This document shows positions 28,269 through 39,800 of a stretch of DNA of 64,000 bases, piece by piece. The notes beneath the pieces are model-generated. The model did not search any database. It was given only the letters and a program-made list of their open reading frames with translations, and had not been told where the DNA came from. The first letter of the stretch is position 1, and every line of letters starts with the position of its first letter. This DNA comes from Sphingobacteriaceae bacterium. GTDB lineage: Bacteria > Bacteroidota > Bacteroidia > B-17B0 > Aurantibacillaceae. The stretch spans positions 2,324-66,323 of the forward strand of contig JAHEYC010000003.1 in assembly GCA_023251775.1 (NCBI GenBank), in the 5' to 3' direction. The position numbers were made by a program, and so were the translations under genes.

Positions 28269-29870
28269 TTGTTTTTTAATAGAAGATATATTCCATTCCT
28301 GATCTTTATAGGTGTATTATTTCTGATCGAAATGATCATAGATCCCCTAGGGAATTTTGCCTTGAATGATGATTGGGCCTATGCGCGTTCGGTATTTGTT
28401 TGGAACCAAACGGGACAATTTACCATTGGAAAATGGCCGGCCATGTCGCTTTTTTCGCATTCGTTGTTAGGATTGGTGTTTGTGAAGATCTTAGGGTTCT
28501 CCTACACTGTATTACGTTTTAGCAATATGTTCTTTTGTGTGATCACACTTTTCTTTTTGTATAAATTTCTTGCCGAAAGAAAAGGAACAAAGCTCGCGAC
28601 CTTAATATGTTTTATTTTTATTTTAAATCCGTTCTATCTCAATGGGTTTAATTCGTTCATGACCGATCTTACCTTTATTAATTTCTCTTTTCTTTCATTT
28701 TATGTGCTTGCCACTTATTTCGAAAAAAGAAAATTTAGCCATCTATTTTTGTTCTTGTTATTGGCTTTACTGGCAACATTTACAAGGCAAACCGGCGTTA
28801 TTTTATTCGTCGCCTTTGTAGTTGTTGCAACTATTCAATGGATCAAAAATAAAGACGGGATTCTTGTGGTGTATTCGCTATTATGTTTATGTATTTGTTT
28901 GATCTTGTTATTTTATTTTGAAATGCAGCAAAAGTTAGTTGCAAGCGACGGAATGGCTTACAAAGGCTTGTTCTTTTTTAAACAAGATGTTCCGTTCAAT
29001 ATGGAAACGATCATTGCATTTGTAAAACGTGGATGTATAATGCTAGTATACACAGGAGGGATATTCATAGTCCTCGGAAGTTTTTTTCTTATGGAGAATT
29101 TCAAAAGCATTATGGTAAACAAATTTTCGCGAATGATTTACGTTGGTATTGCTATCGGGATATTTCTTTTTATTTCAACCGGTTTTCCTTCCGGAAATAT
29201 TCTTTACAATTGTGGTGTGGGTCCCGAAAGTACGATCGATAGGGTTTATTTGGAAACTAATTCATCGCATGCAAGTTCAGGGATCTTATTCGGAATCGTA
29301 ATTTCCTTTTTTGTGATAGGATTTTTATTAATGAGTTTTATTTTTGATCGCGAACTCGCCAAAAAAAGTTGGACAACCAAAGATCCGTCGTGTCGTTATT
29401 TAATTATTTTATTGGCCATGTACGCTGTTTTGATAGGGCTCTCGGATGTTTTTTTCGATAGATACAGTTTATTTTTCACTTTCTTTTTGACACTTATTTT
29501 TTTATTGGAGCAAGATGTTCAATGGAAATTAGATCGTAAACTACCGTTCATTTTATTGCTCCTTATTGGAATTTTCTCTGTTCTTTCTGCAAAAGACTAT
29601 TTTACAGTAGCACGATCAAAACAAAGTATTATAACTGAGCTTATCAAGGAACAAAAGATCGATAAGAAACAAATACACGCCGGATTTGAATATGAATTGT
29701 GGGATGGAACTTTAAATGATTTTGACTGGATCAATTTTGATCATTACCAAGATAAAAAGTTCGTTCTTTCAAGTGGACCAATAAATGGTTTTGAAATTTT
29801 TAAAGCATATCCTTATCGGCGTTATATTCCATTTAAAATGGATACAATTTTTGTTCTACGTAAACGATAA
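28269..29870 (+). CDS. polytopic membrane protein, ArnT/PMT-like (GT39/GT83-type) glycosyltransferase candidate
   Basis: 533 aa, more than 10 TM helices. Acidic first-loop motif NDDWAYA as in lipid-linked-sugar glycosyltransferases. Soluble C-terminal domain. Confidence 0.45.
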   Translation: MFFNRRYIPFLIFIGVLFLIEMIIDPLGNFALNDDWAYARSVFVWNQTGQFTIGKWPAMSLFSHSLLGLVFVKILGFSYTVLRFSNMFFCVITLFFLYKFLAERKGTKLATLICFIFILNPFYLNGFNSFMTDLTFINFSFLSFYVLATYFEKRKFSHLFLFLLLALLATFTRQTGVILFVAFVVVATIQWIKNKDGILVVYSLLCLCICLILLFYFEMQQKLVASDGMAYKGLFFFKQDVPFNMETIIAFVKRGCIMLVYTGGIFIVLGSFFLMENFKSIMVNKFSRMIYVGIAIGIFLFISTGFPSGNILYNCGVGPESTIDRVYLETNSSHASSGILFGIVISFFVIGFLLMSFIFDRELAKKSWTTKDPSCRYLIILLAMYAVLIGLSDVFFDRYSLFFTFFLTLIFLLEQDVQWKLDRKLPFILLLLIGIFSVLSAKDYFTVARSKQSIITELIKEQKIDKKQIHAGFEYELWDGTLNDFDWINFDHYQDKKFVLSSGPINGFEIFKAYPYRRYIPFKMDTIFVLRKR

Positions 29871-29872
29871 CA

Positions 29873-30628
29873 TCAAGCCCATTTGATCTCCTTGATATCG
29901 AAATAATGATCAATTCCTTGGTTATCTGTCAAGGCTAAGAGTCCTTTTTCATTTATTCCTTTCACACTAAATTCTTTTTTTTCCTCATTGATAATAAATT
30001 CCTGTTTCTCCCCAATTTTAAAAAAGTGCGTATAATAATTCTTCAATAGAACTTCGAAATGTTGCCCTTTTAACTTAAGATAATAGTTCTCTAAATGTTT
30101 ATTTAAGATCTTTAAGATCCCGGCAGCATCAAACTCTTTCGAACTAAGTAATTTCAGCGAGGTAACATTCGCTAATTGGGCAAAGTCTTCCTGATTGATA
30201 TTTATTCCTATCCCTACAATGCTTGCATTTGTAGTTGTTGTATTCAAAATGTTCTCGCTAAGTATTCCTGCTATTTTTTTAGAGTTCACCAGGATATCGT
30301 TGGGCCATTTTATTTTTATGTCATATTGGCTACTGTTAAGCAATTCAGCCATTAAGTCATGCACAGCCAATGCAGAAATTATGTACATGTAGAACAATTT
30401 GTCCACACTCAAAAATGTAGGCTTTAAAATGTACGAAACCGCTAGGTTAAGCCCCGGGCCGCTTATCCAGCTGTTGCCCCGCTGGCCTCGTCCTTTTGTT
30501 TGATCAAATGTATATATCACTGTGCCTTCGGAAAGGTTAACGTTCTTTAACAAGGCTGTGGCATAGGAATTGGTACTCTCTACCTCGGGTAGAAAAATAG
30601 CATTTTGCCCAATAAATAATGTTTCCAT
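29873..30628 (-). CDS. birA: biotin--[acetyl-CoA-carboxylase] ligase (group I, no HTH domain)
   Basis: 251 aa. GRGQRGNSW biotin-binding motif, KWPNDIL, KIAGILSE. Confidence 0.85.
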   Translation of the reverse strand: METLFIGQNAIFLPEVESTNSYATALLKNVNLSEGTVIYTFDQTKGRGQRGNSWISGPGLNLAVSYILKPTFLSVDKLFYMYIISALAVHDLMAELLNSSQYDIKIKWPNDILVNSKKIAGILSENILNTTTTNASIVGIGININQEDFAQLANVTSLKLLSSKEFDAAGILKILNKHLENYYLKLKGQHFEVLLKNYYTHFFKIGEKQEFIINEEKKEFSVKGINEKGLLALTDNQGIDHYFDIKEIKWA

Positions 30629-30707
30629 TAAGCCAAAAAGATTAAATTTGTTCTTTAATGTAAACGTAGTAAAAATTTAAGACAACAAAGTACCGTCGGA
30701 TAGATTT

Positions 30708-31331
30708 ATGGCTAAGAAAAAAGCAAAACTTGTAAAAAAAGCAGCGGGGAAGAAAGCCTCGAAGAAAGCTCCAAAAAAAGCACCGAAGAAAAAAGTAACT
30801 TCTCTTGCAAAAGGAAAAGCAAAAAAACCTGTTGCAAAAAGATCTGCTTCGGCTAAAGGAAAAAAGGTTCCGGTTAAAACATCTAAGACCTCCGAAAAAG
30901 AAAAGGATAATAGAAAGGCGAATGCTATTGTAAATTCAGAAAAGAAAAAGGTTGTCAAGAAAAGAGTTAAAGTTGCAACTTCCAAAGAAACAAATGGCTT
31001 GTTGGATTCTATTGTTGACGGAATGCAAGAAAAAAAGGCAAAGAATATCACTGTACTCGATCTGCATGATATCGAGAATAGAATTGCAGATTACTTTGTG
31101 ATATGTGATGCGGATAGCGGAACACACGTGGATGCAATTGCGGATAGTGTGGAAGAGATCGTATTAAAACAAACAGGCGAAAAACCGTATCATTCAGAAG
31201 GACAACAAAACACCGAGTGGATATTGATAGATTATATAAATATTGTGGTGCATGTTTTCTTAAAAGAGATACGTGAATATTATAATATAGAAGGATTGTG
31301 GGGAGATGCAGAGATCAGAAAAATAAATTAA
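30708..31331 (+). CDS. rsfS: ribosome silencing factor RsfS with Lys/Ala-rich N-terminal extension
   Basis: C-terminal ~110 aa are typical RsfS (ITVLDLHDIENRIADYFVICDADSGTHVDAIADSVEE...EWILIDYINIVVHVF...YYNIEGLWGDAE). The first ~96 aa are KKAPKK-type low complexity. Confidence 0.8.
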   Translation: MAKKKAKLVKKAAGKKASKKAPKKAPKKKVTSLAKGKAKKPVAKRSASAKGKKVPVKTSKTSEKEKDNRKANAIVNSEKKKVVKKRVKVATSKETNGLLDSIVDGMQEKKAKNITVLDLHDIENRIADYFVICDADSGTHVDAIADSVEEIVLKQTGEKPYHSEGQQNTEWILIDYINIVVHVFLKEIREYYNIEGLWGDAEIRKIN

Positions 31332-31341
31332 GAAACAAAAA

Positions 31342-33453
31342 ATGAGTAACGAACAAAATACTGAGGAACAAAAAGATCCTAATCATAAACTTTCCAACGA
31401 AGAAGAACGTAAGAAGCAATTCGAACGCATGAAAGAAAAATTCGGAAAGCAAAATTCACCTTTTGGCGGACAAGGAAATAAAGGTGGTAACAATTTTTAT
31501 TGGATCTACGGTGTAGTTATTGTGGTATTACTTTTTATCACGTTCTACGGTACGGGATTTAGTCCACGTATAAAAGAAATTCCATTGCCTGCGTTCGAAC
31601 AAGAGATGTTAGCAAAGGGCGATGTGGTGGATATCAATATTGTAAATAAAAGCATCGCAAAAATTTCTATCAATCCCGATAGTTTAGCAATTTGTGATAG
31701 ATACAAAGATAAAAGTACCGGCAAATCACTTTTCCCCGATAAGAATTTTCATGGTCCGCACTTTACAGTTTCAATCCCATCTGTGGATAATTTTTTATTA
31801 CGCGTAGAAAAAATTCAGAACGATGCAGGCATTCAAAAAGAAAAACAAGTGTACGCGCGCAGCTCAGAAGAATCGAGTTGGAGCGAAAGTATTTCGTGGA
31901 TCTTACCAATTGTGATCATGATCGCTTTATGGATATTTATGATGCGTCGCATGGGTGGCGGTGGAGGAAGTGGCGGTCCGGGCCAAATTTTTTCAATTGG
32001 AAAATCACGTGCAGTATTATTTGATAAAGATACAAATGTGAATATCACATTTAATGATGTTGCAGGATTAGATGGCGCAAAATTAGAAGTAATGGAGATC
32101 GTAGATTTTTTAAAGAATCCAAAAAAATATACCGATCTGGGTGCAAAAATTCCAAAGGGTGCGTTGTTAGTTGGTCCTCCGGGAACAGGTAAAACATTAT
32201 TGGCAAAAGCAGTTGCAGGAGAAGCAAAAGTTCCGTTCTTCTCTTTATCAGGTTCTGATTTTGTGGAAATGTTTGTTGGTGTTGGAGCATCACGCGTGCG
32301 TGATCTTTTCCGCAATGCAAAAGAAAAAGCGCCATGTATTATTTTTATTGATGAGATAGATGCGATCGGACGTGCGCGTGGAAAAAGTGTTTCGGCAGGT
32401 GCAAATGATGAGCGCGAGAATACATTAAATCAATTACTCACCGAGATGGATGGATTTGGAACTAACAGCGGTGTAATTATTCTAGCAGCAACAAACAGAG
32501 CAGATATTTTAGATAGAGCTTTAATGCGCGCTGGTCGTTTTGACAGACAGATCTATGTTGATATGCCGGATCTGAATGAGCGCAAAGAGATCTTCAAAGT
32601 GCATTTGAAAAAAATAAAAATTGATGAAAGCGTTGATGTGGAATTTTTAGCGCGTCAAACTCCCGGATTTAGCGGAGCCGATATTGCCAACATTTGTAAC
32701 GAGGCCGCATTGATAGCAGCACGTAGTAATAAAAAACAAGTGGGTAAGCAAGATTTTTTAGATGCAGTTGATCGCATCATTGCCGGATTAGAGAAAAAGA
32801 ATAAGATCATCACTAAACTCGAAAAACGTGTGATCGCTTATCACGAAGCAGGACATGCCACTGTAAGTTGGATGTTAGAATATGCAAGTCCTTTGGTTAA
32901 AGTTACAATTGTTCCTCGAGGAAGAAGTTTAGGCGCAGCATGGTATTTACCTGAAGAACGTCAAATAACAACTGCTGATCAAATAATGGACGAAATGTGT
33001 GCGGCTTTAGGCGGTAGAGCAGCAGAGGAGATCATTTTTGGTAAAGTTAGCACCGGCGCGCTTAGCGACCTTGAAAAGATAACTAAACAGGCATATGCGA
33101 GCATTATATATTATGGCTTGAACGAGAAGATCGGTAATATAAGCTATTATGATAGTAGCGGGCAGAGTGAATACAACTTCAATAAGCCTTATAGTGAGCA
33201 AACTTCCAAGGTTATTGATGAAGAGGTTAAAAAGATGGTAGATATAGCCTATGCGCGTACAAAACAGATATTAGCTACCAATAAGGATAAACTGACTACA
33301 CTGGCCGAAAAATTACTCGAAAAAGAAGTTATTTTTAAGGAAGATCTTGAAGAAATTTTCGGGAAACGTCCGTTCGAAAAGGATGAGGAAATGTTCAAAA
33401 AACCTGAGATCAAAATAGAAAGTACGAACGATAACGATCAGAAGTTGGGTTAA
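31342..33453 (+). CDS. ftsH: ATP-dependent zinc metalloprotease FtsH
   Basis: 703 aa. Walker [14 protein letters not shown], Walker [13 protein letters not shown] region [19 protein letters not shown], zinc site HEAGHA. Confidence 0.95.
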   Translation: MSNEQNTEEQKDPNHKLSNEEERKKQFERMKEKFGKQNSPFGGQGNKGGNNFYWIYGVVIVVLLFITFYGTGFSPRIKEIPLPAFEQEMLAKGDVVDINIVNKSIAKISINPDSLAICDRYKDKSTGKSLFPDKNFHGPHFTVSIPSVDNFLLRVEKIQNDAGIQKEKQVYARSSEESSWSESISWILPIVIMIALWIFMMRRMGGGGGSGGPGQIFSIGKSRAVLFDKDTNVNITFNDVAGLDGAKLEVMEIVDFLKNPKKYTDLGAKIPKGALLVGPPGTGKTLLAKAVAGEAKVPFFSLSGSDFVEMFVGVGASRVRDLFRNAKEKAPCIIFIDEIDAIGRARGKSVSAGANDERENTLNQLLTEMDGFGTNSGVIILAATNRADILDRALMRAGRFDRQIYVDMPDLNERKEIFKVHLKKIKIDESVDVEFLARQTPGFSGADIANICNEAALIAARSNKKQVGKQDFLDAVDRIIAGLEKKNKIITKLEKRVIAYHEAGHATVSWMLEYASPLVKVTIVPRGRSLGAAWYLPEERQITTADQIMDEMCAALGGRAAEEIIFGKVSTGALSDLEKITKQAYASIIYYGLNEKIGNISYYDSSGQSEYNFNKPYSEQTSKVIDEEVKKMVDIAYARTKQILATNKDKLTTLAEKLLEKEVIFKEDLEEIFGKRPFEKDEEMFKKPEIKIESTNDNDQKLG

Positions 33454-33481
33454 AAAAGCTCCGCAACCCCCATTTTTAAAG

Positions 33482-33519
33482 GCAAGCGCAGATCTTACGA
33501 TCTTTGCTTGCTTTTTTTT
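33482..33519 (+). terminator. rho-independent terminator after ftsH
   Basis: GCAAGCGCAGATC-TTAC-GATCTTTGCTTGC followed by T8. Confidence 0.55.
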
Positions 33520-33823
33520 AATTTCAAAAATACGCTGAATCGCTTTACAGGCAAGGAAATCCGATGATATTCTAAAATTTTGTTTATTTTGTTTATCGTT
33601 TTAGGAACGCAATTTTAGCCATTTTTCCGCCGATTATTTTAACCCGTTTGTGCCTGATTTATAGGCTCTAGGCCTGTTTATAACTTGTTAATTGGGTGAA
33701 TGGAAGGTATAAATGAGCGAAACAGACCAATGAGTTAGCCGTTTTTTAACATTTTTTTTTGTTTAAGTATATCTTAGTAAGGATAAAACTAGGCTCTTTT
33801 TAAAAAATAATAAAACACAAAGC

Positions 33824-36800
33824 ATGAAAAAATTAATTACAGCAAAACTAATGATCCTGATAATGTTGGGTTTCAGTCAATCGTTGGTTGCACAGTTTCA
33901 AGTGGAAACTACGGTTGCACAAAGCAACAGTAATAAACCATATTACATGTATGTATTTCCTTCCGATTCGTTGGCAGGATTTAACGAGGCAAATGCGCAG
34001 CAGGATGCTCTTAACCGTAAGTGTTTCGGTAATGAGTTCTTCAGGTTTTTATATGCCGAAAAGAGAAATTATATCAATATTAAATATTCTATTGCCCCAG
34101 TTGTTACTAACCCAAACAGCAATACGAATTATATCAATGCAAAACCTATCATTAGCCCAACTAATCAGGTAAATGCTGCACCATGTGTTAACGAAGGTTT
34201 CGAATCATCTTTACCAACAACATTAACTACTGCGGCTGCAGCAATTGGTAATACTTTAACGGGATGGCAAGTTACAAGTGGTAACACAATGCAAACTCCT
34301 TATAATAACTGTACTGCTACGAATAATGCTCCAAATCCGGGCTGTAATTTTGCTTGGGTTCGCGCAACACCATGGGTGCCTCCTGTTAATACTAACTTAG
34401 GAACTATTACTGCATCTCCTTTAGGAGGTAATAATGTTCTTCAGATGAACGATAATCTTGCAGGTGGTAAAGCAGTACGAATTCAACAAACGTTTCCTGT
34501 TACTGCATCAAATTGTTTATTTCAATTAGCTTACAGAGCTGCTTTATTATCCGGTCACGCATGTTGTGAGAATCCGTATATTAAAGTAAAGGTTGTAAAC
34601 TGTTTTAACGCCATATTACCTTGTCCTCAAGTTGACGTGCAGCCTCCGGGACCAAGCTGTGCTTCGGTAACCGCAACAGGCTGGCAAACAAATTCATCTA
34701 CTTGGGTTACTTATACACCAACATGGATGATCAAATCTTTAGACTTAACTCCATACCTTAACTCTTGCGTTACTATTATTATAGAGGTTGGTGATTGTCC
34801 TTACGGTGGTCACTGGGGAACTGCTTTCATTGATACGCAATGCTTACCAATGAATACTACCGTTAACAACATTCAATTCTCGGCTGCTCAACCGGTTTCT
34901 TTCGTTGCAGCTTGTGGTGTATTAACTGCAACTATGACAGCGCCTCCGGGACTAGGACCTTATACTTGGAATGGCCCTGCTACAAGTACTATCGTTAATA
35001 ATACAAACCAAACTATTTTTACAACGGTACCTGGTAACTATACATTAACAATGAACCCTGTAGGATCTTGTTCACCTATAACTAAAACAGTGAACTTACA
35101 GTTTGGTAACTTCCCTACGCCTGGATTTAGTGTCACTAATAACTGTACAACCTATACGATAACAAATACGGGTAGTCCGGCTCCGGCTATACAAACGTAT
35201 ACGATAGTCAATAATGGTCCACCTAGCTTTTCAACAACAAATAACACAAGCGTCGTCAATTTAGCACCGAACACAACCTACACAATTTATCAAACAGTTA
35301 CGAATGCGGCAAATTGTCCTGCTACATTCTCAATGGTAATTACAACACCTAACGGTCCTTCCCCTGCGTTCAATGGCCCGTCTAACTTATGTATAAACTC
35401 AACTGCCACATTTAGTGCTGTTGTAAGTGCGGGTTCTCATACATATGCATTTACTTCGTTCACAACAAATCCTGCTACGATCTTTACTGATCCTGCCGGC
35501 CCAGTTACATTCCCTGCTTCTGCAACTTATACAATTACGCATACTATTAATACTGCAGGTTGTATTGCTTCAACAAGTTCGGTTATTACAGTTAACTCTG
35601 TTCCAGTTGCAACCGTAAATGCTATTGCTCCTACATGTGTTGGCGCAAATGCGACTCTTAATGCAATTGGCGGTCCCGGTCAGTTAACATGGACAGGTCC
35701 TCTTGCATACTCAGCCCCTGGCCCAACAGCATTTGTTGGAAGCTTCCAGGCTGCTAATGCAGGTATATATACCTTAACCATTAACAACTTTGGTTGTTCA
35801 AAAACATTTACTGTACAACTTACTGCGCCTGTTGGTCCAACAGTAAGCGTTACTAATAACGGTCCAATTTGTGCGGGTCAACCTTTGGTATTATCAGCTT
35901 CGTGGCCTGCCTCAATAACTCCAAGTTGGTATTACTGGTATACATATATACCAAATCCTTACTTCTATAGTTATGGTAATTACAACGTTGCTCAATACAC
36001 GATCGCAACAACTACTACTGCCAATGCTATACCTTATGTATTCTGGATACAATTAAGTCCTAACTGTCCTTATATGACATTTACAACTAATGTATCAGTA
36101 ATTACAGTTACACCTCCAACAGCAAGTAATACAGGTCCATATTGTCCAGGTGCTACAATACAACTGAACTCGAACATATTTAGTGCAACTTCATATACTT
36201 GGAAGGGACCTAATTCATATTCTCAAACAACGGTTCAAAACCCAACAATTCCATTTGCGAGTGCAATTCATAATGGAAATTATACAATAAGTGTTGGTTC
36301 TGGTGCTTGTACAAAAACAGCAGTAACAACTGTTTCGGTGCATCCTGTCCCTAATGCTGTTGCCGGTAGTAATAACCCGGTCTGCTTGGGTACGAATATT
36401 AATTTAACCTCAAACGCTGCGGCAAGTTATACGTGGACTGGACCAAACGCATTTACATCAAATGCGCAAAATCCAGTGATACCTAATGCCACTACTGCAA
36501 TGACGGGTACGTATACATTAAAAATAACAACGGCACAAGGTTGTACAGCTGTTACTACAGTCACGGTCGGTGTTCTAACACCTACTACCTCTGCAGGTAA
36601 TACCGGTCCTTATTGCGCGGGAGCAACCGTTTCCTTAACCGCACCGGCCGCTACTTCATACACTTGGTCGGGTCCGAATGCGTTCGCTTCCAATGCACAA
36701 AATCCTACAATACCTAATGCACAGCCTGTAGCTACTGGAAACTATACCTTGCTTGCATCAATAGGTACATGTACTGCGCAAGCTGTTACTGCAGTAATTG

Positions 36801-39800
36801 TAAATGCATTGCCTGTACCGCTTCCTACCAATACCGGTCCATATTGTCTTAACCAAAACATTCAATTAAGTGTGAATGCTTATAACTCGTATACATGGAC
36901 AGGACCAAATACATTTAACTCGAATGCTCAAACTCCAATAATTGCTACTGCGTCGCTTGTTAATGCAGGGCCTTATGTGGTGACTGTAACTGATCCAAAT
37001 GGTTGTGTTAACTCTGGTACAACAACAGTTGTTGTAAACCCACTTCCGGTTGTTGTAGTTAATAGTCCTACTGCTTGCGTTGGTGGCACATTAGCTTTAA
37101 CAGCAACCGGAGGTACAGCATATGCATGGGTTGGTCCTAACGCCTTTGTTTCGGCTTTGCAAAATCCGTTTGTAAATAATGCTCAAATGATAAATGCAGG
37201 TAACTATACGGTTACCGTTACCTCTGGTTTTGGTTGTATCAATACTGGCGTGTTAAGTGCTTCAGTTATTCCTTTACCTGTTGTAGGTATTGCAGGAACC
37301 AATACATTATGTTCTCAAAACTTCAACGGTTCGCCTAATCAGGTAACGATAAATGGTAACGGAGCTAGTAGTTATAACTTCACATTACCTCCGGGCTTTA
37401 TAGGATCTCCAAGTTTAAATGCACCTACATTCACTTTGTTCCCTCCTGTAACTGCAGTTCAAGCGGTGGCTCAACTTTCAGTAGTTGGTACTGGTCCGTT
37501 TGGTTGTACAAATACAGCGGTGTATGATGTAACGGTAGTTCCTAATCCAACTGTAATTCCTGCTCCTGCCACATCAAGTGTTTGTCAGGGTGTAAGTATG
37601 AACTTAACAGTTGGTGGTGCTCAAACTTATACATGGTCGCCAAGCGCAACTTTAAATACATCAACAGGTCCTTCAGTTATTGCAAGTCCATCGGTTACTA
37701 CTATTTATAACATTATTGGTTCTGCAAATGGTTGTAATAGTCCTACAGAAAGCGCAACGCTTATTGTAGTTCCAAATCCAACAGCAGTTATAGTTCCAGG
37801 AACACCTTCAATTTGTATAGGAGACGCTATTACATTAACTGCTAGTGGTGCTACTACTTATTCATGGAATCCTGGTACGAACTTAAACACAACTAGCGGT
37901 CCTGTTGTTATCGCGAATCCTACGGTTAACACAACCTATTCTGTATTTGTTTCTCAAGCAACTTGTACACATGTAACTGCTGTAACGGTAACAGTTCGTC
38001 CTTTACCTATTATCACTGTTGGTGTAAGTAGCCCTACAATGTGTATGAATGGTTTCAACGGTTCGCCAAACTCAGTAATATTTACTGCAGCAGGTGCCAT
38101 AAGTTATACATGGGGCGGTTTCAACGGTATGACACCAAATCAAACATTTGGTTCATCGATCGTTGCAACATCAATACTTCAAATGGCTTTAGCTTCGGGT
38201 ACAGTACAAGGCTTTGATGGATATTGTTATAATACTACATCTTATAACGCTGTTGCGGTTCCGAATCCGACAATTGCAGTTACATCTAACAGTATGTGTT
38301 TTGGAACAAGTGCTGATCTTTCTGCAAGTGGAGCCGACACATACAATTGGTCCCCTTCAAATACACTTAATTCTTCAACAGGAAGCACGGTTATAGCTTC
38401 ACCTGCAACAAATCAAGTTTACAGTGTTGTTGGTTCAAGCATAGGTTGTAACAGTCCTACAGAAACCGGAACAATGGTTGTTGTAGCATTACCTGTAATT
38501 GTTGTTGCTCCTGTAACACCAACTATTTGTGAAGGACAGTCAATTGGCTTAACGGCCTTTGGTGCTACTAACTATACATGGAGCCCTGCTTCGTCGTTAA
38601 GTTCTGCAAATGGTGCCTTTGTAACTGCTAACCCTGTTGTTACTACAAACTATACAGTAGTAGGTGAGGCTGCAACATGTACATCAAGTACTATACGTCA
38701 GGTTGGAGTTACTCCTTTACCGGTATTAACAGCTGCATCTGAAAGAACAGCAATTTGTTTCGGTGAAAAAACAACCATCAACGCAAATGGTTCTTCAACA
38801 TACACTTGGTTACCGAATTTCGGAATGACAACAACTGATGCTCATTCAAACTTTGTGGTTGTTAAACCTACAGTTTCTACAACGTATACGATCTATGGTC
38901 AAAACGGACCTTGTTTCCATGCGATCACGTTCCCTATCGTAGTGTTACAGCAACCTCAAATGCAATTGGCTGCTAACGTACAAAGGATATGTTTTGGAGG
39001 TAATACAACTATTTTTGCTCTTGGTGCAGGTAGTTATACTTGGTCACCGGATAATAGCTTGTTCCATTCAAATCCTAATACGGTTATTGCGTCTCCAACT
39101 ATTTCCACAAACTATACAGTAATGGGAGTTTACTCTTCAGGTACTGTGAATTGTGAGATGACACAAGAGATCCTTATCGATGTTGTTCCTACAATAACTG
39201 CAAGTGCTACTAGAACATTAGAAGTATGTAAAGGCTCTTCAGTTAAATTAAGTGCAGGTGGCGGTAACCAATATGTTTGGGCACCAAGTACCGGCTTAAG
39301 TAGTAGCTTGATCTCACAGCCTTATGCAGAACCTGAATCAACAACTATGTACACGGTTTATGTTTCTGATGGTGGTTTCTGTACAAAAACAGCAACATGC
39401 GTTGTTATCGTGAACGAAACTCCGGTGGTTAATGCGGGTGAGGACTTTACTGCGAATGTTGATGATCCAATTTATTTGAATGCAAGAGGCACAGGTACTT
39501 TAAAATGGATATTAGGTGAAGGTATTATTTGCCACGACTGTCCTAACTCTCAGATCACGCCACAAAACAGTGGTTGTTACCAAATTGAAGCTATGGGTAA
39601 GAATGGTTGTAAAGCAATTGATGAGGTTTGTATAGAGATAACTAAGGATTGGAGTATTTATATCCCGAATGTATTCACGCCTAACTTCGATGGTTTGAAT
39701 GATGCCTTCTTAGTATATGGTGTTGGTATATCTGATATAGAAGTAACCATCTTTGATCGTTGGGGAGAGCAGATCTATCATAACGAACAACAAACTAAAG

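Noticed and set aside
30677-31051. 124-aa minus-strand ORF rich in Phe
   Set aside because: It is the antisense reading of the AAG/AAA-rich lysine tail of rsfS. This is a low-complexity artefact.
31833-32335. 160-aa and 94-aa minus-strand ORFs, plus a 62-aa plus-strand ORF
   Set aside because: They lie inside the highly conserved AAA+ core of ftsH and have no features of their own.
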